Origin: a bacterium
GTDB taxonomy: Bacteria; Electryoneota; Electryoneia; Electryoneales; Electryoneaceae
DNA length: 64,000 bases
Direction of reading: 5' to 3'
Assembly: GCA_963669175.1 (NCBI GenBank)
Contig: OY769902.1
Span: 4,512,001-4,576,000, forward strand
Shown: one piece after another, positions 28,585 through 41,100 of the stretch
How the letters are laid out: each line of letters starts with the position of its first letter
Position numbering within the stretch: the first letter of the stretch is position 1
Program-made: the position numbers and the translations under genes
The notes under the pieces: generated by a model
What the model saw: the letters and a program-made list of their open reading frames with translations, nothing else
What the model was told of the DNA's origin: nothing
Databases searched by the model: none

Positions 28585-30234
28585 CTACCGTTTCGTCGCT
28601 GAAACACTACCCTTTGGCGACGAGTCGTTAACGATCAATAAATCAATCCTGCGGTTCTCGCCACGTCCTTCAGCAGTCTCGTTGCTTGCCACGGGCTCTT
28701 CCTCGCCACGTCCTTCTGCCGTAAGACGGTTTATATTGATCCCGCCAACGGTCGATAGAAAACCGACAACACTTTGTGCACGTGCCGCAGAAAGTTCCAG
28801 GTTACGCTTGTCGCTTCCTATCTCGTCTGTATGCCCGATGATCAAAACTGTGCTTTCAGGAAACGTATTGATTGCCGACACAACCTTGTTGAGCAAGGCA
28901 TAGTTGGCGGATTCCACTTCGAACTTGCCTGGTTTGAAGTTGAATCCCTTCAGTCGAATCAATACGTTTTCACCCTGCCGAAAGACCACAGCTTCCTCTT
29001 TACTGAAAAGGTGCTGAGTCTGCGTAAAACGCTCCTGGGCACGATGTTCCCGCCTCTGCATTTCTGCTTGGGCCAGGGCCTGTGCTGACAGTCGCTCCTG
29101 GAGTGAAGCAACTTGCTCGGCAGCGTCTATCTTGGCCTGATTCAATCGTGTTGCGTTTCCACTGTTCAAGGCTGCGAGCTGACTCTCGTGAATCCTGAGA
29201 ATTCTCTGCAACGCTTCCTCGTGAGCACGTTGTTGGGTTTCGATGTCGCTTTCCAGCTGCAAAGCCCTTTGCTGTGAAATCTGATTGGTGTTGCGTATGT
29301 CCTCCATGACAGACTTCAGGGCCAGTGCATCGCCACGAAGCGCTGAAATGACCTTGGCGTTAGACTGGTCAAAGGGAAGCGTATCATCCCGAAGCGCATT
29401 GCGAACGAGCTGGAGCTGATTCTGGTACCAAAGCAGACGGTCCTCGTTCGAAAAATCCTGGGATTCGAAATACTTGATCAGAACAGTAATCTCGCGCGCC
29501 TGGTTCGCTAACCACGTTGCCTGATGGGCATGGGTGTTACTCTCTTCAACGCGTGTACGGTCGGCGTCAAGGATTGACAGAGCGAGTTTAAGTTCCTCAC
29601 GAGCGTATTGAAGCGTCTTGGGAGCATAAGCATCCGCATCGGCCTCTTCAGCAGCCAAAACTGCCTTTTCGGCAACCGCCACTGTTCCAGTTTTTAGCGC
29701 AGAAAGCTCCAGTGATGCATACATTTCAATCAGCGCCGACCGTTTCTTGCGCGCACTTCCGGTTTCACCTTGCTCAAGCAATCGTGCAACAGCGCGAAAA
29801 CCATCATCTGCAACTTCAAATTTTTTCGCGAACAGAAAATTGGCGCCTTGCAGGTTTGCTCGGGTCCGGATGTCGAGCACTTCCTGCATTTCCAAGCGAT
29901 TACTTGCAATCGTCTCGTTCAATTTCCGGAGGTTGTCCAGTCCGCGCTGAGCAGCCTCGTTAGCTTGAGTTTTGTCCGCTTTACGCGCAAAGTTGAATGC
30001 CTGGTCCAAATCCCGCTGGGTCTCCGCGAATAAGAGCGGTGCGAGTAAAGCACCGTCTCTGCCACGTGTGTCCTCCAGCCCGTCGCTAAGCTGCGCAACA
30101 GCAGTATATTGACGGACCACGTCTTGTCGGGTCAGGCTCATCGTGGCGCACCCATTCAGAAGGGCGCCCCAAAGGGTTACACCAATGAGCATGATCAGCA
30201 TTTGGGAGATGCCAGCTCTCGATAACCTTTTCAT
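28585..30234 (-). CDS. OmpA-family peptidoglycan-binding lipoprotein with long helical N-terminus
   Basis: Lipobox LNGC; C-terminal GHTDEIGS..NLELSAARAQSV...GRGEEEP...NRRIDL. Confidence 0.88.
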   Translation of the reverse strand: MKRLSRAGISQMLIMLIGVTLWGALLNGCATMSLTRQDVVRQYTAVAQLSDGLEDTRGRDGALLAPLLFAETQRDLDQAFNFARKADKTQANEAAQRGLDNLRKLNETIASNRLEMQEVLDIRTRANLQGANFLFAKKFEVADDGFRAVARLLEQGETGSARKKRSALIEMYASLELSALKTGTVAVAEKAVLAAEEADADAYAPKTLQYAREELKLALSILDADRTRVEESNTHAHQATWLANQAREITVLIKYFESQDFSNEDRLLWYQNQLQLVRNALRDDTLPFDQSNAKVISALRGDALALKSVMEDIRNTNQISQQRALQLESDIETQQRAHEEALQRILRIHESQLAALNSGNATRLNQAKIDAAEQVASLQERLSAQALAQAEMQRREHRAQERFTQTQHLFSKEEAVVFRQGENVLIRLKGFNFKPGKFEVESANYALLNKVVSAINTFPESTVLIIGHTDEIGSDKRNLELSAARAQSVVGFLSTVGGININRLTAEGRGEEEPVASNETAEGRGENRRIDLLIVNDSSPKGSVSATKR

Positions 30235-30416
30235 CTTTTCTTCTCCTTGTTTGCTACTTCTACGTATGATAAGGCTGGCAACAAGACGTTGCCGGTCTCA
30301 AATACCTGATGCTGGTTCGCGAAAACACCCCGCACCGTTTTTGTGTGTGTTGGCAGCGCCTTGCTGTCAACAGTTCAAACCTTTTCAAACAACTTCTATT
30401 AATGCATAAAGTGTTG

Positions 30417-30905
30417 TCAGAACATCCAATGCACGCCTATTCCAAAGTCAAAATTGAAACCCGGTATCACACTTGCGCCTAGCTCTATATTCCATCCGAT
30501 GGGAGGAAGAGATGCACTCAAACCGCGCCAATCGTACTCCACCCCAATGCCAACTCCCAAGCCCAATCCGTGATTGTTCTCATGCCACTTCTCATCGTCT
30601 TGCCATCCCCACGGGCTGGACTGTTCATCATTCCAGAGTCCCACAGTCCCTTGTCCGTAGGCATTCCAGAATTGTTTCTGGGTGAAACGACCCAGCACCC
30701 TGATTGCGACTGCATTGGCTCCAACATCAACGATACCCTGAAGCGCCAGGGGATTGGCAATTTCCATAACCCCACTGATCCCTGAAGCGAACTGCGCACC
30801 TTGCAGACCAAGACGGAACTTGCTGTCGTTGGCTTGAGAACTGCCCGTCAGGGCTATTGACAAGACAAGCGTGAAGAGACTGATTATCATGCGTCTTTTT
30901 ATCAT
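30417..30905 (-). CDS. Exported small beta-barrel-like hypothetical protein
   Basis: Signal peptide, alternating Gly/aromatic strands, C-terminal Phe. Confidence 0.55.
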   Translation of the reverse strand: MIKRRMIISLFTLVLSIALTGSSQANDSKFRLGLQGAQFASGISGVMEIANPLALQGIVDVGANAVAIRVLGRFTQKQFWNAYGQGTVGLWNDEQSSPWGWQDDEKWHENNHGLGLGVGIGVEYDWRGLSASLPPIGWNIELGASVIPGFNFDFGIGVHWMF

Positions 30906-30975
30906 CTTAACTTCCTCCTATCAGAATTTCTTTGCTTTGTTCATAACCTTTTTTGTTTGTATATTTTCCTTATTG

Positions 30976-31128
30976 TCATCTGAACAGATTTCTACTTCTA
31001 AAATAGCGGATCATTATAATAATAATGGCTGCTAATAAAAGTATATGAATATAACTGTGCATACTAAATGATGTTACAAGCCCAAAAGCCCATAATACCA
31101 GCAAAGTGATCGCGATAGCCAATAACAT
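30976..31128 (-). CDS. lmo0937-family small membrane protein
   Basis: MLLAIAITLLVLWAFGLVTSFSMHSYIHILLL pattern. Confidence 0.75.
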   Translation of the reverse strand: MLLAIAITLLVLWAFGLVTSFSMHSYIHILLLAAIIIIMIRYFRSRNLFR

Positions 31129-31357
31129 GATCTTTTCCTTTACAAAATGTTTTCGATGCATGAATGTACATCAACAGCATTCATAAGCGTTATCAGTCTG
31201 CCATACGCAATTCTGCAAGACGCGCATGAATTATCTACAGTCGCTCAGCCTGCTTCTAACGGTATAATACTTTTCGAAGTAATTGCATATTATCCATAAC
31301 CAGTTCACGCAATCCTCGCGTTAAACGTTGATAAAAACAGATAAATAGAAATCATCG

Positions 31358-32314
31358 CTACACAGCTTTCGGTAACGGCTCGTTTAAATCATCCGATACT
31401 TTCCCGATTTGATCTGCTTCCATCATCGCATTTCTCATCTGTTCAGTCAGTGAGGCCAAGTGACCTGGTGAGTGAGGGATCAGAATCGCATTCGATCTTG
31501 ATGACGCCCCGATTTCCTTCAGCATGTCGAAATACTGCGTCATCAAGACAAGGTTCATCACATCCTTGGCGGTCGTACCAGGCACTGATTTACGGAATTC
31601 ATCCACAGAATCGCGAAGTCCGGCAACAATCGCCTGCCGTTGATCTGCAATACCCTGCCCCTGTAAAGCTTTGCTCTGTGCCTCACCTTCGGCAGCTTTT
31701 ACTTTCAGAATCCGATCAGCTTCGCCGCGTTCGGTTGCCGCCACTCGCATCCGCTGTGCAGCGTTGATCTCGTTCATGGATTCTTTCACTTTCGGGTCAG
31801 GATCAATGTCGGTAACAAGAGCTTTGAGGATACCGTACCCGAATCCTTCCATCACCTGCGCCAGTTCACTCATGACGATATCAGCAATATCATCTTTCTT
31901 CTCGAAAACATCATCCAACTTGATCTTTGGCACTTGTGCCCGGACGACATCAAACACATAGGACGTGATCTGTCGATTGGGATTATCAAGCTTGTAGAAG
32001 GCATCATACACCTTGTCTGGAAGCGCATAAAACTGGACTGAGACCATCATCCTGACAAACACGTTGTCCTCAGTTTTTGTCTCAATCTCTACATCGAGTT
32101 GTTGAACACGCATATTAACAGAACCAGCCACACGATCTATAAAAGGGACTTTAGTATGTATACCTGGACCTGTTTCTCGAATGAACTTTCCAAATCTTTG
32201 GATGATCTTGACAGAACGTTGATGAACTGTAAAGAATGTTGCTTTTAATACTGTTGATGCTAGAACAATCAATACGAAAGCAACAAATATAAATGCGATT
32301 TGTGGGGTCAACAT
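31358..32314 (-). CDS. SPFH/Band 7 domain protein
   Basis: RFGKF...GPG, ETKTEDNVFV, LVTDIDPD, INAAQR, QYFD. Confidence 0.92.
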   Translation of the reverse strand: MLTPQIAFIFVAFVLIVLASTVLKATFFTVHQRSVKIIQRFGKFIRETGPGIHTKVPFIDRVAGSVNMRVQQLDVEIETKTEDNVFVRMMVSVQFYALPDKVYDAFYKLDNPNRQITSYVFDVVRAQVPKIKLDDVFEKKDDIADIVMSELAQVMEGFGYGILKALVTDIDPDPKVKESMNEINAAQRMRVAATERGEADRILKVKAAEGEAQSKALQGQGIADQRQAIVAGLRDSVDEFRKSVPGTTAKDVMNLVLMTQYFDMLKEIGASSRSNAILIPHSPGHLASLTEQMRNAMMEADQIGKVSDDLNEPLPKAV

Positions 32315-32510
32315 GTTTATCCTTTCGAAGAAATGGACGTATCACGTATCCTGGCTATTATCCCAGGCCGGAAAAAAACATCCGTTCTCAATACAACTAT
32401 GTTCTCAGTTTGCCGGTATGGTCGGTTAAAAAGGTTGAGTGTGGAGTGGCTCAAATGCCAAACAAAGCGGATTCAGGTTTGGTAAGATGGATGAAGAATT
32501 GTCTTAGCGA

Positions 32511-33257
32511 TTATGCGCTTTCCGATGTTTCTTTGGAATTGGTCAACAGTCCTCTCTTGAGTATTGTGCTGAGGGTGAGTTTCCACTCTTCCCAAACCGT
32601 TTCGTCATGAAAATCACGCTCGTTAATCATCAGTATCAGGGGTGCGAGATAGATCGCACTATAACCGATCGCCAGCAGGCATTCTCGTACGGCTTCAACT
32701 GGTAATTCTACAGCTTTGCCTTTCTTGACAGCAGAAAGGTACGCGTCATGAAAATGCAGATTTGCGCCAAGAGGGCCATGTTCCGATACGTCCTTCAGCG
32801 CATTTCTCAAATGGACCGCCCCGTCTGCGATCTCACGGCGAAGCAGTGAAGCCCATTGCGGATTGTCGTGAAGCACTGTCATTAAACGTATGGGTGAATC
32901 AATCAATTTTTCCTCAGGCGACTGATTTTTACCATCTTCTCCGAAGATGACCGCCAGCATGCTCATACCCTCGTGCTTCAGCACTGATTCGTACAGCTTT
33001 TTTTTACTGCTGAAATAGTAGTGGATCATGACCTGCTTGACCCCTGCCTCTTTGGCAATAGCCCTGGTGCTCGTAGATTTGAAACCGTGCTTGGCGAATA
33101 ACTGGGTAGCAGCGATGAAGATCTTACCAGCCGGTGTGTTCGGGTCAGGAGGCATTGGTGGTCCATCAATCCTTGTCACAGATAGTGTGTCGTCTGAAGA
33201 ATTGAAATAGGGAGCCTTTGATTCCGTAGACAAAGACTTTCCGGCGGATGAAGTCAT
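32511..33257 (-). CDS. TetR/AcrR family transcriptional regulator
   Basis: AATQLFAKHGFKSTSTRAIAKEAGVKQVMIHYYFSSK HTH; AAGGAG RBS before ATG at 33257. Confidence 0.9.
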   Translation of the reverse strand: MTSSAGKSLSTESKAPYFNSSDDTLSVTRIDGPPMPPDPNTPAGKIFIAATQLFAKHGFKSTSTRAIAKEAGVKQVMIHYYFSSKKKLYESVLKHEGMSMLAVIFGEDGKNQSPEEKLIDSPIRLMTVLHDNPQWASLLRREIADGAVHLRNALKDVSEHGPLGANLHFHDAYLSAVKKGKAVELPVEAVRECLLAIGYSAIYLAPLILMINERDFHDETVWEEWKLTLSTILKRGLLTNSKETSESA

Positions 33258-33343
33258 GTCGTTCAACTCCTTTTCATGGTCTGCTGTACAATCAGTGGCC
33301 CTAATCTTTCGCATGACACTGTCATATGATATAGACGATTGAC

Positions 33344-33359
33344 ACTGTCTATTGACAGT
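33344..33359. promoter_or_regulatory. Candidate TetR operator
   Basis: ACTGTCTATTGACAGT dyad; GACACTGTC occurs at both 33315 and 33341, upstream of tetR. Confidence 0.5.
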
Positions 33360-33478
33360 ATACACTTATATTTCCATAAATGCAAGAAGTTTCTTTAGTT
33401 TAATGAGAATAGAGCGGATGTGTTTCTCGTCAAAATGCACTTCAAAGCGCCAAGCCGATTTGTATCTAAGTTTCTTGG

Positions 33479-34862
33479 TGTGCCTCTTCAAAATTCCATC
33501 TGCTTTATCGGAACTGAGTCTTATCGATTCCGGAGGGTACACGAATTCCCCAGAGAACCCAACTTTTCACGCGCCTGAAATAAATCCGTTGCATGAGGCC
33601 TCGGTCAATGTCGTTTCCTTCGCCAACCGATTTCCATACCTTACGCACTCGCCATCAACTGCAGTTGGAAAACCTCCTGCTGCGGCACCAGTTGGCAATC
33701 GTGCAACGAACCAGCAAGAACCCAGGCTTCGGAGTTCAGATCGAGCCCTTATTCTATTCCTGACTCGTTTGCTGAAGAGCTGGAAAGACGCCCTGATCAT
33801 TGTGAAACCGGGAACCGTCATAAAGTGGCACCGTCAGGGCTTCAAGCTGTTCTGGCAATGGAAAAGCCGTCCACGTAAGAAGGGCAGGAATCGTATCAAC
33901 CCCGAGGTCAGGAAACTGATCCGTGACATGAGCCGGGCCAATCCTCTCTGGGGTGCGCCACGCATTCACGGCGAGTTGATGAGATTAGGAATCGAAGTTT
34001 CCGAGGCCACTGTCAGCAGGTACATGGTCAAGCAGAGGAAACCGCCATCCCAGACATGGCGCATCTTCCTGAACAACCACGTGAAAGACATTGCATCCAT
34101 CGACTTCCTCGTCGTGCCGATGGTCAATTTCAAGCTGCTGTACGTCCTGGTTGTCCTTTCACACGAACGGCGCAAGATCGTTCATTTTAATGTCACCGAT
34201 TCTCCTACTGCTGTCTGGACAGGTCAGCAGATCATTGAAGCGTTTCCGTACGACACAGCTCCGAAATACCTAATAAGAGATAATGATAAAATCTATGGTT
34301 TTGACTTCAAGGAGAAAGTCAGAGCCTGTGGTATCACGCCCATAAGAACAGCGTACCGGTCGCCCTGGCAGAACGCCTACTGTGAACGGGTGATCGGTAC
34401 GCTGCGACGTGACTGTATCGACCACATCATCGTTTTCAGCAGAAGACACCTGATGCGTGTTCTGCGCGAGTACGTTGACACCTACTACAACTCCGAGCGT
34501 ACGCACCTTTCACTAGACAAGGATTCCCCCGAACCGAGGCCGATTCAGGATTCAAAATCTGGAAGCATTGTTGAGATGCCGGTTTTAGGTGGACTGCACC
34601 ACAGGTATTTCAGGAAAGCTGCCTGATTGCTGGTGTAGTGGCTGTCAGGTTTGAAGTCTGGTTGGTCGTTGGGTTGGTGAATCAATCTGCGGGATTCTCT
34701 GCCTCAAATCTACAATTTGTGTGATTTTGCTTCATCTCATCCAAGATTTTCCTCATTCCCCTCATGCGAGACTGATTTTTTCTTCCGACTCGACTACATT
34801 TGATCAAAATTCTGAGTATTTCACCCTGTATTTACGCACGGATTGTATTTTGACGAGGGACA
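33479..34862 (+). mobile_element. IS481-like insertion sequence (copy 1), nested between extra ends at 33421 and 34932
   Basis: TGTGCCTCTTCAAATT...TTTTGACGAGGGACA ends; outer TGTTTCTCGTCAAAATGCA (33421) and TGCATTTTGACGAGGGACA (ends 34932). Confidence 0.85.
33608..34626 (+). pseudogene. Integrase-core (rve DDE) transposase, frameshifted near 33720
   Basis: LQLENLLLRHQL N-terminus is in a different frame from WGAPRIHGEL, SIDF, LIRDND, SPWQNAYCER, GGLHHRY. Confidence 0.85.
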
Positions 34863-35140
34863 GGAGAAAATTCGTCAGGATTTTGAGGTTCTCGCTCTCA
34901 ATTTCGCACGGATTGCATTTTGACGAGGGACAGCTGACTCGTATTCAAGGCTGCGGGTGAGAAGTAACTTGTTTTGTTCGATACGAAATCGTATATTGTC
35001 ATGTGACAGTGTCGAACGACTAACCAACACGGCCATTCGCCAACCGACTCGAGTCACCGCCGGGGTTGTACCCACACCAGCCTTTTAGTTTTGCATCTCT
35101 CATGCCCCCTCGGCAGCCCTTGTTTGCAAAGAAAGGCAGG

Positions 35141-38100
35141 ATGATGATGGCTTCCGGTATCGAAACTGCTCGCAAGACCTTCCTCCGAATCCTGGCAACA
35201 TTTCAAGTGAAAAAACTTGTTCAGACTCCTGCCACCGTTGTACAACCGCTTCGTTCCGAATTGTTCAGCGCCGACCAAATGGAACGCCACGGTAGAATCC
35301 TCGCCAATCTCCACCAGACAAAACACTCACGCTCGCGAGACCATCTCCTGCCCAGGTTGGCGGAAAACGAGATAAAGTTACTCGAAGTACAACGATGCCT
35401 GGAAGAGGATATCCGGATCGACCGCAGGATCACCCCTGCCGGTGAATGGTTGCTTGACAACTTCTACTTGATCGAGGAGCAGATTCGGACAGCCAAAAAA
35501 TACTTGCCGAAGCAGTACAGCCGTGAGCTGCCGTACATCGAAAATGGCCCATCGGCAGGACTTCCCCGCGTGTTTGATCTCGCATTTGAAACCATCGCGC
35601 ATGGCGATGGCCGTGTCGATCCGGAGAATCTCAGCCGTTTTGTCTCAGCGTATCAATCCGAGGTTCCCCTGCAGCTGGGGGAATTGTGGGCGATTCCCAT
35701 CATGTTGCGCCTGGCGCTAATCGAGAACCTGCGGCGAGTCGCGGATCGGATCTTTGCCGACCTGACCAACCGGAATCACGCGGAGCATTGGGCGGAACAA
35801 ATGATTGAAGTGGCGGCGAATCACCCGACACAGTTGATCCTGGTCATTGCCGATATGGCACGCTCGAACCCGCCGATGGAGAGCTCTTTCGTGGCGGAAT
35901 TGACTCGATTGTTGCAAGGGCATGGGCCGGCGCTGGCTCTGCCATTGACATGGATGGAGCAACAGTTGTCCGAAAGCGGAGTGACGGTCGAACAGTTGGT
36001 CCGCGCAGAAAATCAGAACCAGTCCACCGATCAGGTTACCATGAGCAATAGCGTTGGCAGCTTGCGCTTCCTCGGGACGATGGACTGGCACGAATTTGTT
36101 GAAACCATGAGCACGGTCGAACAGATTTTATCGCAAGATCCGGTTGATCTCTACAGCAGGATGGAATTTGACACTCGCGACCAGTACCGTCATGTGGTGG
36201 AAAAGGTGGCTCGCAGGAGTCCGCTGTCGGAAAGCGAAGTGGCTGGCGTGGCGATCGAATTGGCACGACAGGGATCGACTCGAGAGGGCGCTGCATCGCG
36301 TGAATCCCATGTCGGCTACTATCTGATTGACAAAGGGTTGCCGCTGCTTGAACGGCAGACAAGCATGCGCTTGTCCCCTGTGGCGAGACTTGGCAGGCTG
36401 CTTAGCAGGTTTTCAGTGCCGCTTTATGCCAGTGCCATTTTTCTCTTTGCCGTGATCACCACCGCGGGCTTTCTTGCCAAGGCATCCTCGGGCGGATTGC
36501 ATGGTTGGGTTCTTGTACCCCTGGCCGCCCTCTTTCTCATCGCAGCCAGTCCGTTGGCCGTCGGTCTGGTGAACTGGCTGATGACATTAACCACCAACCC
36601 TTCGCCACTGCCCCGGATGGATTACTCACACGGAATACCGTCGGAATTTCGAACTCTTGCGGTCATCCCCACAATGCTCACCAGCGCCGCGAGTATCGAT
36701 GCACTGGTGGAAGCGCTGGAGGTTTGTTACCTCGGGAATCGTGATCAGCATCTTCATTTCGGATTGTTGACCGATTTCCGCGATGCCAACAAGGAAACCT
36801 TGCCCGAAGACCAACCCCTCCTGCAACAGGTTCAGCACGGAATTGAAAAATTGAACCACAAATATCGGAGTTTTGCTGGTAACACCTTTTTCCTGTTCCA
36901 TCGACCCCGGCGGTGGAACCCTCGAGAAGGTATGTGGATGGGGTATGAGCGCAAACGTGGAAAATTGTTGGATCTTAACAGGATGCTGCGCGGGGGAGAT
37001 ACGACTCCGTTTGCTGTGATCATCGGGGACGTTAGTGTGCTGTCGAATGTGAAGTATATCATCACTCTCGACACCGATACTCAGCTTGCGCGCGACACGG
37101 CGAGACAGTTTATCGGCACGATGACACATCCGCTCAATCGACCGTTCTACGATGAAAAACACGAACGTGTTGTGGCGGGGTATGGAATTCTGCAACCTCG
37201 TCTTGCGGTTAGCCTCGCCGGTACTCGCTGGTCGCGTTACGCCCGCATGTGCACCACGGAATCCGGGATAGATCCCTACACTCGTGCTGTATCCGATGTT
37301 TATCAGGATCTTTTTGGCGAAGGATCGTTCATAGGGAAAGGTATCTATGATGTAGATGCAATTGAACGCACTCTGGCCGACCGATTTCCGGAGAATCGCA
37401 TTCTCAGTCACGATCTTCTGGAAGGTTGTTATGCGCGGTCGGGATTGCTGAGTGATGTTCAGCTGTATGAAAACTACCCATCTGCCTATTTTGCTGATGT
37501 TAACCGCCGCTATCGCTGGATCCGCGGAGACTGGCAGATTGCTCAATGGGCGCTGCCCCTCGTTCCCAATAAGACCGGTCACACGGTGAAAAACCCGCTG
37601 TCGGCCCTGTCCATGGTAAAAATCTTTGACAACCTGCGACGTAGTGTAACCTCGGCCGGCCTGACCCTGCTGCTCCTGTTGGGTTGGTTTGTCCTGGTTG
37701 ACGCCAGGTTCTGGACCCTGGCGGTGATCGGGATCGTGATCCTTCCCACTTTGCTCGCTTATCCCTTGACGCTGTTGCGGAAACCGGGCGATCAGACTCT
37801 CGCGCAACATCTCTCCGCGGAATTTCAGGTAGTCGCGAATCGCCTCCTTCGGGATGTCTTCACGCTTGTCTGCCTGCCATTTGAAGCAGCCTACAGCCTC
37901 GATGCCATCGCCCGGACCCTATGGCGAATGGTGATCTCCCATCGACGGTTAATGCAATGGAATCCTTCCAGCGATGACTCCCAATCGGATCAAGTGGACA
38001 TCGCTCGATCCGTGCGGAAAATGTGGAGTGGTCCATTTGTCGCCATAGTGGCCTTTATCGGCTTGGTTCTGTTCGACCCGGCTGCACTGATGTTCGCAGC

Positions 38101-41100
38101 CCTCCTGCTGGGGCTCTGGTTTTTCTCGCCGATCATTGTCTGGTGGATGAGCCGTCCGCCAGGGCGCCGGCTGGAAAAACTCTCAGCGGATCAAATCGTT
38201 TATTTGAACAAGCTCGCCCGGAAAACATGGTCATTCTTCGAGACCTTCGTTGGCCCCGAGGATCACTGGCTTCCTCCCGACAATTACCAGGAACAACCGG
38301 TTTCCGCGGTTGCGCACCGAACGTCACCAACCAACATCGGACTGTCACTCCTGGCCGCATTGGCCGCATACGACTTTGGAATGATCTCAGCAGGAAAATT
38401 GATTGATCGCACCGCACACACCTTTGCGACGATGGCGAGCCTGGAACGATATAAAGGCCATTTCTTCAACTGGTATGACACTCAGACCTTGAAACCCTTG
38501 TCCAATTACATTTCATCGGTTGATAGCGGAAATCTGGCGGGCCATTTATTGACGTTACACCCGGGGTTGCTTGGGTTGATTGAAGAAAAGATCGTCGGCC
38601 CCCGGGTCTTTGACAGTCTTCGCACAAGCCTCGAGATATTGAGAGACACGATGGCCGTTTCGCAACGGCCGGTTTCGTTGGACCCCCTGGACGAACTCCA
38701 ACAGATCCTGACGGCTGCACGTACCCCCCCAGCTTCGCTAATCGAAACGAAACAATTGTTGCAGAAACTGGTGACCAGCTCATCCCACCTTATTGCACAT
38801 CTAGAGATCAGCCAATCCGCCCCCCAGGGTGATGAACTGGACTGGGCTCGGGCATTCGCGGTGCAATGTGCGGATATCCTTGACGATCTGACAGAACTGG
38901 CCCCCTGGATTGGTGTGGAATTCCCGCAGCAAGCCGGTGATCGAATATCCAGCCTTGACAGCATTCCCACCCTGCTTGAAGTAGCGGCACTGAGCGGGAA
39001 ACTCCAGCCTGAATTCGATCTCTTCCATCAAATAGACGAATCGGAGGAAAACGGATCAGAAGTTGCCGAACTCGAACGTCTGGTTGTGGAAGGTAGTCAG
39101 CATGCCGCCGCACGGATCGCCATGGTCCAGATGCTGGCCACACAAAGCCAGGACATGAGCCAGATGGACGTTCGCTTCCTCTACAATGAGTCGCGACATC
39201 TGCTGACGATCGGGCATAATGCCGGGAAACAGGAGCAGGATGCTTCGTGCTATGACCTCCTCGCGTCAGAGGCGAGATTTTCCTGTTTTGTCGCCATTGC
39301 TCAGGGCCAGTTGCCGCAGAAGAGCTGGTTTTCCCTGGGGCGACTCCTGACCAATGTGGGCGGAGATCCAGCTCTACTGTCGTGGAGCGGGTCGATGTTC
39401 GAGTACTTGATGCCCCTGTTGGTGATGCCCACATACCCGCAAACGCTTCTTGATCAGACGTGCAGGGCAGTGGTGGCCCGGCAGATTGACTATGGAAACA
39501 AGAGCGGCGTGCCTTGGGGCATTTCGGAATCCGGCTACAACGCCATTGATGCGCAGAGGAACTACCAGTACCGTGCATTTGGCGTTCCCGGTCTGGGCTT
39601 ACAACGTGGACTTGCGCAGGATCTGGTGATTGCACCCTATGCTTCTGCGCTTGCGTTGATGATCTCGCCGTTGGCCGCATGCGAGAATCTCGAAAGGCTT
39701 TCCGGGGCAGGTTATGAGTCTCGGTTCGGTCTGTACGAGGCGATTGACTTCACACCATCCCGCCTTCCGCGTGGGAAATCCAATGCCATCGTCCATTCCT
39801 TCATGGCGCATCACCAGGGGATGAGTCTGTTGTCGTTGGCACGCCTTCTGCTGGATCAACCGATGCAGAAACGCTTTGCGTCAAATCCGCAGTTTCAGGC
39901 GACCATGCTGTTACTGCAGGAACGCATCCCGAAATTGACCTCCAGCTACAAGCCCACAACCGGAAGCTCTAAACTGATTCTGGCCTCAGATTCCTCCGAG
40001 ATCCCTATTCGCGTTTTCACTACACCGGATACGGCCAACCCGCAAGTACAGTTGCTCTCCAACGGTCGCTATCATGTGATGATTACCAATGCCGGCGGAG
40101 GGTACAGCCGATGGAAGGACATCGCCGTCACCCGCTGGAACGAAGATCGAACATGCGATAACTGGGGCAATTTCTGTTACCTCCGCGATGTTGACAGCGG
40201 GGACATGTGGTCGGCGACATACCAGCCGGCACTCAAATCCTCCCCACAATTTGAGGCGGTTTTTTCGGAAGGTCGAGCGGAGTTTCGGGGGAGTGATCAC
40301 AGCTTCGACACCTACTGTGAAATTGCGGTCTCCCCCGAGGACGACATCGAGATGCGACGGGTCCGGGTCACCAACCGTGCGAAAACCAGGCGTGTACTCG
40401 AGGTCACCAGCTATGCAGAGGTTGTCCTTGCCCCTGCCATCGCCGATGCTCTCCATCCAGCCTTCAGCAATCTCTTTGTCCAGACAGAGATCCTGTCCCA
40501 CGAGCGCGCCATTCTCTGCACCCGCCGTCCCCGCTCCCCTGACGAAAAAGCGCCGTGGATGATGCATTTGATGACCGTGCATGGGGCGGATGTGATGGGC
40601 GTATCCTATGAGACGGACAGGATGAAATTCATCGGCCGCGGGAACACAGTCGTCAACCCCGCCGCCCTAACGGACATCGCGGCAGGTGGCAGCGGGGGAT
40701 TGTCGAATAGCGAGGGGTCGGTGCTCGACCCGATTGTCGCCATCCAATACCGGATCGCGCTGGATCCGGGAGAATCGGCGACGGTTTACATGGTCACCGG
40801 GATCGGAGGCACTCGGGAGACGGCTCTCGGTCTTGTTGAGCGCTACCGGGATCGGCGCCTGGCGGATCGTGTTTTCGATCTGATCTGGGCGCACGGACAG
40901 GTGTTGCTGCGTCAGTTGAACGCTATGGAATCCGATGCCCAGCTCTATTTGCGCCTCGCCAGCTCGATCATTTATCCGAACGCCGTGTTGCGTGCCCCTC
41001 AAAGTATCATCCTGAAGAACCGCAGGGGGCAATCTGGCCTGTGGGGGTACGCTATTTCCGGCGATTTGCCGATCGTTTTACTGCAAATCGAAGATCCGGC

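Noticed and set aside
33352-33720. N-terminal ~120 aa of the 424-aa transposase ORF in the track
   Set aside because: It reads through the IS ends; the true N-terminus (LENLLLRHQ) is in another frame
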